Origin: Octopus bimaculoides
Taxonomy: Eukaryota
Length of the DNA: 44,520 nucleotides
Reading direction: 5' to 3'
Assembly (NCBI RefSeq): GCF_001194135.2
Contig: NC_068983.1
Span: 122,318,934-122,363,453 of the forward strand
In this document: in pieces, positions 37,413 through 44,520 of the stretch
How the letters are laid out: the number at the start of each line of letters is the position of its first letter
Numbering within the stretch: the first letter of the stretch is position 1
Program-made: the position numbers and the translations under genes
The notes under the pieces: generated by a model
The model's input: the letters and a program-made list of their open reading frames with translations, nothing else
What the model was told of the DNA's origin: nothing
Database searches by the model: none

Positions 37413-38109
37413 GCTGCTGCTTTTGTTGCAATTTAACGAATGAAGCAAATAAGTTACTAAAATATTTCTGAACGTTTGATTTAACACAGTATTTTGCTGG
37501 CCAATTAAAAAATGGTTGGTTCTATTAGGTACATATGGAAAACGATGGAATGCAGATATAGATTTTAAAATAAATGGCTAATGTTTTCGATGATCAACAT
37601 GAAATTAAACTCTATAACCACGAATCAAAGATAGAAAAAATGGTATAGAACTACCGACGGGAATCGAGTCAGGCATCTGCAGTCATCTAGACGACTTTGC
37701 TAACTTTTACACCAAAACGACCTAGCCTAATTGAGTTAGTAATTTCTTTATTGGTTCACATTAGTATGTCTCGGATTATTATAGCTTGGTCAATTTTAGC
37801 AGCCATTTTCTGCAATTGTTTAATCAATTTTTTTTTAGTTTCATACTCTTTCTGTGTAGCTATTTTTGTTTGACCAAGATATATTTCCGATATTCATTGC
37901 AATGTCTGTATTTTCCGGATTTTCGTTCTTAGTTTGCATACAATGCCTACTGATTCCAGGAACCCGTTCTCACACACGCACACATGCATGTCCGAATGCC
38001 TCATACCAGACATTCAAGGGGAGCCAAGATGTATGTTGTATTTGAATGCATGTTTTCATGCTTGATTAATCTATCTGTGAATTATCTACAAGTAATGTTT
38101 CTCCTATAG

Positions 38110-38185
38110 GACAGAAATGCTGTGGGAGATAGAAGACGGTTATGGCCCAATGGAGTTGTCCCATACGAAATTTCTTCACATTTCA
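38110..38185 (+). CDS. Astacin-like metalloprotease, activation site and start of catalytic domain
   Basis: Acceptor tttctcctatAG, donor GTAAGT; phase 0 to 1. DRNAVGDRRRLWPNGVVPYEISSHF contains the R/NA activation site and the WPxGxVPY motif. Confidence 0.93.
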
Positions 38186-38989
38186 GTAAGTATAAATTCC
38201 TATTATGATTTCCCGTTACCACATTCTGAAAGGAATTCTTATATGAGAAACGAATCAGTAACATTTCTATGATTTTTTTCAGTGTCCTTAATAAGTTTGG
38301 TTTGCAATTCTCAAATAATTATTGTTGCTGTATTGTATTGCTCAAATGCGATTTACTTTGTGTAGTCCCTGTATAATTGTCGGAGACGTTTAGAATTGGC
38401 ATCATATGTACAGTATGAAGGATAGTAGAGCAATATAATAAATAGTAATAATAATAATAGATTAAAATATATCCATATTTGAAAGATGTTCACTTTCAAC
38501 TCATGGTAATGTGTAACCTAGTGCATCTTGTTGCATGGCCATTGACTTGCAAGCTCCGAATCCCACCAAGCCTTTCGTGTGCGAAGGTAATTTTTTTTAT
38601 CTCCTACTTAATGAAATTCAAAACCCGTCAAAGAGCGGACGAACTCATGAGAATCAACAACTTTCCTATTGCTCGCAATTGTGATCCCCGAGGATAAATC
38701 AGGAGTCGGATCTCCTAAGTTATTTTGATGTTACCTACATGCTGGTGCTTTTAGCACTGGTACCAAACCGTAACGATTCTGTCTTTCCTTTGGATTTGCT
38801 GGTGATATGGAGATTATTCGCCACATGGGCAAATCGCTCGTCCTCTGAAACGTCGCCCAGTCTTGCATCCTATCACATAAGCATTTGCGCACTCTATCAC
38901 GAACTACTTCCCCATTGGGTGCACAGAGATTAGGATCTATCCAAACAGCCGATCGGAAAACTACACCAAGCAACAAAAGAAAAAAAAAA

Positions 38990-39360
38990 AGGTTGTGCAT
39001 TACAAGCTCTTACTTCCAGACAAAATCCGACACAAAATACCCTGGAGACACCCATGCTCTGGACATTAGCATTAACTAGATCTCGGCCTAGTCAGACATA
39101 TTGCCATCACAAATCTCCTCCACATAAGGTCTACTACAGGGCTGACTGCAACATAGACCACTCCTTATTATGTCGCAAGATTAGGCTGCAGCACAAAAGG
39201 TTTCAGCGTACTAGCAAAAGTGGTACCCACGCATCAACTTCAACAAGTTGCCCAAGATGCATTTCGTGCAGCTATTCACAGAAGTTTTTTTTTATTGAGC
39301 AAGCAGCTCCTTGCATTCCAGAAACACCGCTGCCACACGGAAATGGGAAACTCAAAGCAT
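38990..39360 (+). mobile_element. RTE LINE endonuclease C-terminal fragment
   Basis: LCITSSYFQTK..(K)..WRHP..., then YRADCNIDHSLLCRKIRLQHKRF, matching the RTE APE ADCxTDHSL motif. Confidence 0.8.
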
Positions 39361-39394
39361 CATGCGTTGGCTATATTTATCTTTTACTTGTTTT

Positions 39395-39600
39395 AGTTTT
39401 TAGATTGCAGCCATATTGGGGCACCGCCTTGAAGTCGAACGAAGCAACCCCAGTATTCTATTTTTAAAGCCTAGTACTTATTCTATCGATTACTTGTGCC
39501 GAATCGCTAAGTTACGGGTATGTAAACACATCAACACTTGTTGTCAAGCAGTGGTGAGGGACAAGCACAGATATAAAGGCACGTGCACATACAGATAGCT
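39395..39600 (-). mobile_element. SINE tail fragment
   Basis: gcagccatattggggcaccgccttgaag...cctagtacttattctatcg...cgctaagttacggg; same family as 32530-32680. Confidence 0.65.
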
Positions 39601-39938
39601 TCCTTGGATTTGAAGTTTGAACATTGAGGTTTACGTTAAATATGCTTGCAATTAGCATTATCATATTTGGTAATGTTGATCCGTGCTACCTGCGCTAGAT
39701 CTTTGAACTTCATATAATGCCATCTGACATTTTTCCAACCAATTACTTTTGATGCCAGTTTTGATAGGCATTAGCAAGCAAAAGAAATTTGAAGAAAGCT
39801 TCATAAGCCCCGGAATTTGGTTCAATTGAGGCATTTCTCTTATTGAAGCCGAAGACTGTGTGTTTCCAAGTAAATTCTTAACTCACTGGAAATTTCCACT
39901 TTTACCTGCCACACATTTATGGAAATACACAATAAATT

Positions 39939-39976
<38 letters not shown>

Positions 39977-40261
39977 TACTTAGTGTTATTAAAAACAATG
40001 TTGAAGATATTTCCTTGTTCTCAACTTGTCATTATATCTTCTTCATCATTATCTAAACCGCGCATCAACAACTTAAAATTAGTGGCCTTCCCTCACAACA
40101 GCTACTAAATCTATTTTTAGTTATGAATGATTACCCTTCCAGTTTAATCAATGAAACGGTGAGGTTTAGGCATGTTGGACATTTGATTGTTTTTCTGGTC
40201 AGTATTTGACAAGTGATTGAAGAACAGGGAAATTTCGAACAATGGCACAAGACCTCAGCCG

Positions 40262-40641
40262 AATGGCACTCCGTCGCTTACGACATCGAGGGTTCCAGTT
40301 GATCCGCTCAACGGAACAGCCTGCTCGTGCAATTAACATGCAAGTGGCTGAGCACTCCACAGACACGTGTACCCTTAATGTAGTTCTCAGGGATATTCAG
40401 CGTGACACAGTGTGACAAAGCTGACCCTTTGAATTACAGGCACAACAGAAACAGGAAGTAAGAGTGAGAGAAAGTTGTGGTGGAAGAGTACAGCAGGGTT
40501 CGCCACAATCCCCTGCCGGAGCCTCGTGGAGCTTTAGGTGTTTTCGCTCAATAAACACTCACAACGCCCGGTCTGGGAATCGAAACCACAATCCTATGAC
40601 CGTGAGTCCGCTGCCCTAACCACTGGGCCATTGCGCCTCCA
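40262..40641 (-). mobile_element. Full-length tRNA-derived SINE (type A)
   Basis: Reverse complement is colinear with 8318-8701 over its whole length. Confidence 0.9.
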
Positions 40642-41214
40642 CAATTATACTCTACACCCTACGTATATTGCTTTTCTATTGTCCATTATAAACAACTTGT
40701 ATGTGTGTATGTGTAATAAACACTAAAGAGAAAAAAGGAAAACACAGGAAGAACAGAGTTTCACAAAATTTCACTTTAATGGATGTTAGACCTTTATTGA
40801 AAGAGAGAAAGAGAGATGGACAGAAGGAGTAGGAAAGAGAAAGTCGGCAGAAAAAATACAGGTGAAGGATTAGAAACCAGGTGAGAATGCTATTCAATGG
40901 AGTGAGTTAAGACGGTGAGAAAAGAGGTGTGTGCAGATCCAATTGTCAGTGGGGCTATGGGATGTTGGTGTATGTGTGTATAGTTAGGTGAGCAGTTTGA
41001 AAGGGTGTATAGTTAGGTGAGCGGTTTGAAAGGGTGAGCGGTTTGAGAAGATGAGATCGGGTGCGCCTGTGAGGGAATAACAGTATAATTATGCATGCGT
41101 TAGAGCGCTCGTATAGCCAGTCAATTTATTTCTAAGTTAAGAAACTTTTGTTTATCTAAAAGCTACATACTTTTGTGACCACATTACTAATTGTAACTGT
41201 CTATTTTGATGCAG

Positions 41215-41341
41215 GCACTTACGAACAGACCATAATCAAAGCAGCCATGAAAGAAATAGAAATGGTAACAACGAGCTGCATCAGATTTGTACCTAGAACA
41301 TCTAATCATCATTATTATGTTAAAATGATAACAGGATCGGG
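41215..41341 (+). CDS. Astacin-like metalloprotease, catalytic-domain exon
   Basis: Acceptor ctattttgatgcAG, donor GTAAGT; phase 1 to 2. S-TYEQTIIKAAMKEIEMVTTSCIRFVPRTSNHHYYVKMITGS-G contains the CIRFVPR motif and ends just before the expected GC.S.VG. The HExxH exon was not found in the window. Confidence 0.93.
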
Positions 41342-41658
41342 GTAAGTACTGTCAAGAAGCGATTTAAGTTTGTTGTTTCAGGTACATACGTTTGTGTGGT
41401 GCAAGGTAATTGGTGTTTGCACAGTAATAGGTTTCTGGGTAGGCTAACATAAACACGAAAACTTGAATGAAATCAGAATAAACTTTGTTAACCTACTGTT
41501 CAATACTCTATCCGCTCAGCTAGTTCATCACTAAATGTTACATTTGACCGTTCACTTAACTTTTGCTAAATATAAACAAGAAATGAGGAATTTTGTACAT
41601 TATTTACATTATTTACATTATTTACATTTGACGGATATTTGTCATCTTGTTTGTCGTT

Positions 41659-41704
41659 AACACGACGTTTCGGCTGATATATCCTCCAGCCTTCTTCAGG
41701 TGTC
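41659..41704 (-). ncRNA. Minimal type I hammerhead ribozyme, intact core
   Basis: Minus strand GACAC CUGAAGA A GGCUG gaggauauau CAGCC GAA ACGU C GUGUU: stem I GACAC/GUGUU, extra A after A9, 5 bp stem II, palindromic ACGU stem III, GUC cleavage triplet. Confidence 0.85.
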
Positions 41705-41945
41705 TTGGGGAAATTTCGAACCTGGGTTCTCATTTCTAAGGTATTCTACATCTACATAAGAAAGTTAGATGGTTTGAAAGACGAGCTAGTCTTTGGTGGA
41801 GTTTCTCTGTATGTCTTCATTGAAGTCTAATGTCGGCTCCGTACCGATTAGATAATACAGTTCTATATTTAAGAAATGAGGAATTTTGTACAATATTTAT
41901 ATCATTTACATTAGACGGATACTTGTCCTTATCTTGTTTGTTGTT

Positions 41946-41991
41946 AACACAATGTTTCGGCTGATATACCCTCCAGCCTTCTTCAGGTGTC
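41946..41991 (-). ncRNA. Second hammerhead copy, stem III/cleavage site altered (ACAUU)
   Basis: GACAC CUGAAGA A GGCUG gaggguauau CAGCC GAA ACAU U GUGUU; the two changes relative to the first copy look like CpG transitions. Confidence 0.7.
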
Positions 41992-42599
41992 TTGGGGAAA
42001 TTTCGAACCTGGGTTCTCATTTCTAAGGAATCTCTACATCTACATAAGAAAGTTAGATGGTTTGAAAGACGAGCTAGTTTTTGATGGTTTTCCTCAACCA
42101 TGTTTCTTTTCCTTTCTTCAACCTAGGTTTGTCATCTGTTTTCACAGAGTTTTACATTTCACAGTAACAGTTCCGTTGCTTTCGGTGTAAACGAAAAAAA
42201 GGCCCTTTTCAGGGCCACTTTAAATACGGTCGCTACACCATCTGAGAACGCATTACAGTCCTTTTCAGGGCTACTACAGGTCTAGAACGCATTAAAGCCC
42301 TTCTCGGGACTTCGTACTGAACTGTTACCGTTTGGCTTCATCGTTATTATCCGGCGACCAATTTTGTTACAATTTGGCGTTAACGTTATTTATGACATTG
42401 NNNNNNNNNNTATATATATATATATATGTATATTGTTATTTTTTCTATTTGTAATTAAAACAGAACAAGATGAGTTGGCCCTTTCCAAGGCCAAGTTCAG
42501 CCCTCTCATTGTCACCATTACTATTCTGCATCGCTCTGTCCCCTTTATCCACGCAACTGAATAATGCTATAAGGTCTTTGACCAGATTATTAATCATCT

Positions 42600-44154
42600 A
42601 TTCTATATATGATCTAAAATGGCAAAGAATTCAGCTCTGATACAGGTATGGAATTCGGATATGATAAATGTGCAAAGGCTCTTTCAAGGCAGGCAAGTTC
42701 ATAATGGCACAAAACATAGAACTTGATACTACCACAGCTATTCGAAACCTAGACCAATCCGAAATATACAAATATCTGGGAACCAATGAAGGTGATGGTA
42801 TTCAGCACTCTAAAATAAAAGAGAAAATCCGCAAGAAAAGCTACCGAAGGGTAAGAATGGTCCTAAACTCAGAATTAATGATGCTAACAGAATTAATGAT
42901 GCTAACAGAATTAATGCAATCAATTCTTTGGCCATACCAGTAACCACATATAGCCTCGATATCATTAAGTGGAATCTTACTGACATGCAGAATATGGATG
43001 GAAAATCCTTATGCACCATCCAAAATCAGATGTAGATAGGATTTATCTCCCAAGAAAAACAGGTGGAAGAGGTCTGATACAGCTCGAACAATCCTTGAAA
43101 TCAGCAATAATAGGCCATGAAACGTACCTTAATACAAGTTATGTGCTCTTACGAACTGCACTGAAGCATGAAGATTCCAAGCAAGCTTTAGACATGAAGC
43201 TTAGTCAGAAATTTAAAAAGGCTCTTGGCCTACAAGTTAACAATAAGAATGACCAAAGACACCCAAATACTGACAGACCTACCATTGCTTCTCCTGATTT
43301 AGAAATTAACAATCAGAAAGATCAAAGAGATCCAAATTGTGTCAAACCTATCATTGATGCAAAAAATATCAAGCAAAACGCAAAGAAGGCTTGCATGAAT
43401 AATATTGAAGACAACTAGAAAGGTAAGCTCCTGCATACAAAATACCCTAACCGCCTGTCCAAGCCAGATATTGATAAAAATCTAACATACCAATGGCTAC
43501 AAGGGAGAGGTCTGAAAGAGGAAACAGAAAGTTTTGTTATTGCAGCGCAAGATCAGGCTTACCTGCCAGAAACTACCATGCAAACGTCCTTAAAGGTAGA
43601 TCTGACCCCCCGAGCAGAATTTGCGGTAAATCCACAGAAACAATTGATCATGTTGTTTCTGGCTGCCCAGTCCTCGCCGAAAAGAAGTACCTCGTAAGAC
43701 ATGACAGACTAGGGCAGTACATCCACTGTAATGCTTGTAAATACTACAAAATTAAATCCCAAGATATGTGGTACAGGCACCATCTAGAAGATGTAGTAAA
43801 TGGTGAGGGCGTCACCATCCTTTAGAACTTCCTAATACAAACAGACAGAAAAATTGACTCGATTGTGATAAAGGATACAACAGAAGAACTTCTTAATATA
43901 TATATCTATCCCACAAGATCAAAATATCTCAAGAAAGGAATACGAAAAGCTACAAAGATCTGCAAATTGAAATCACAAAAGTGTGGAAGCTTAGTACTAC
44001 GATAATACCAGTGGTGATTGATGCGTTGGGAATGATAAAGAAGGGAGCTGAGAAGTATATTAAACAACTCCCTGGTAACTCCAATCTCCGTGAACTACAA
44101 AAGATAACCTTGATGGGTACAGCCCATATACTACAGAAAGCACTCTTCATCTAA
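42600..44154 (+). mobile_element. R4/Dong-clade non-LTR retrotransposon 3' portion (RT C-terminus plus REL), degenerate
   Basis: EFGYDKCAK, YKYLGTNE, HHPKSDVDRIYLPRKTGGRGLIQLE, CCHC-type RICGKSTETIDHVVSGC, RHD, IPVVIDALG, LQKITLMGTAHIL; stop at 44152-44154. Confidence 0.9.
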
Positions 44155-44280
44155 AATGGAATAAATGTGATGATAATTTTAGCATGCATAACAAAACAAA
44201 AGTGTCTTTGCTAATCTTGGCCTCCGAAGGATGCCCTTACTAAGGCAGCTGAAATAAAGTAATAAGGAAAGGAAATCATA

Positions 44281-44520
<240 letters not shown>

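Larger units (their letters stand above)
41578..42101 (-). mobile_element. Tandem Penelope terminal-repeat (pLTR) units without RT/EN coding body
   Basis: Direct repeats at about 41578-41800 and 41871-42088. Each has a hammerhead and the start of a PLE ORF (..LARLSNHLTFLCRCR). Confidence 0.85.

Noticed and set aside
41382-41405. AG/GT-bounded segment just after the last astacin exon as the next exon
   Set aside because: It translates YIRLCGA, not the expected C.S.VG motif, and the intron would be only 40 nt.

Overview
AT-rich, microsatellite-dense eukaryotic DNA with several N gaps. The SINE families and repeat mix look like an octopus or other coleoid cephalopod (inference from recalled repeat sequences, not a database result). 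Two host genes are supported, both on the + strand. (1) The terminal coding exon of succinate-semialdehyde dehydrogenase (ALDH5A1-like, 5546-5751); its earlier exons were not found in the window. (2) Five consecutive, phase-compatible exons of an astacin-family metalloprotease (27522-41341). Its prodomain is split over 16, 33 and 44 nt microexons; the first exon is uncertain and the HExxH exon was not found (presumably beyond the window end). Most of the rest is decayed transposon sequence: Penelope-like elements (PLEs), RTE, Tx1, CRE and R4/Dong LINEs, a Gypsy pol remnant, mariner, hAT and Chapaev-like DNA transposons, Helitron/Helentron-like pieces and tRNA-derived SINEs, three of them with clear target-site duplications. 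The most interesting signals are these. Several minimal hammerhead ribozyme motifs occur in PLE terminal repeats, including a coding-less tandem pair 287 nt apart (retrozyme-like) antisense in an astacin intron. An RTE C-terminus carries three C2H2 fingers in an open frame. A 284 bp-arm inverted duplication lies just upstream of the astacin microexons. The SINEs show module swapping. No CRISPR arrays, rRNA or genuine tRNA genes were seen.
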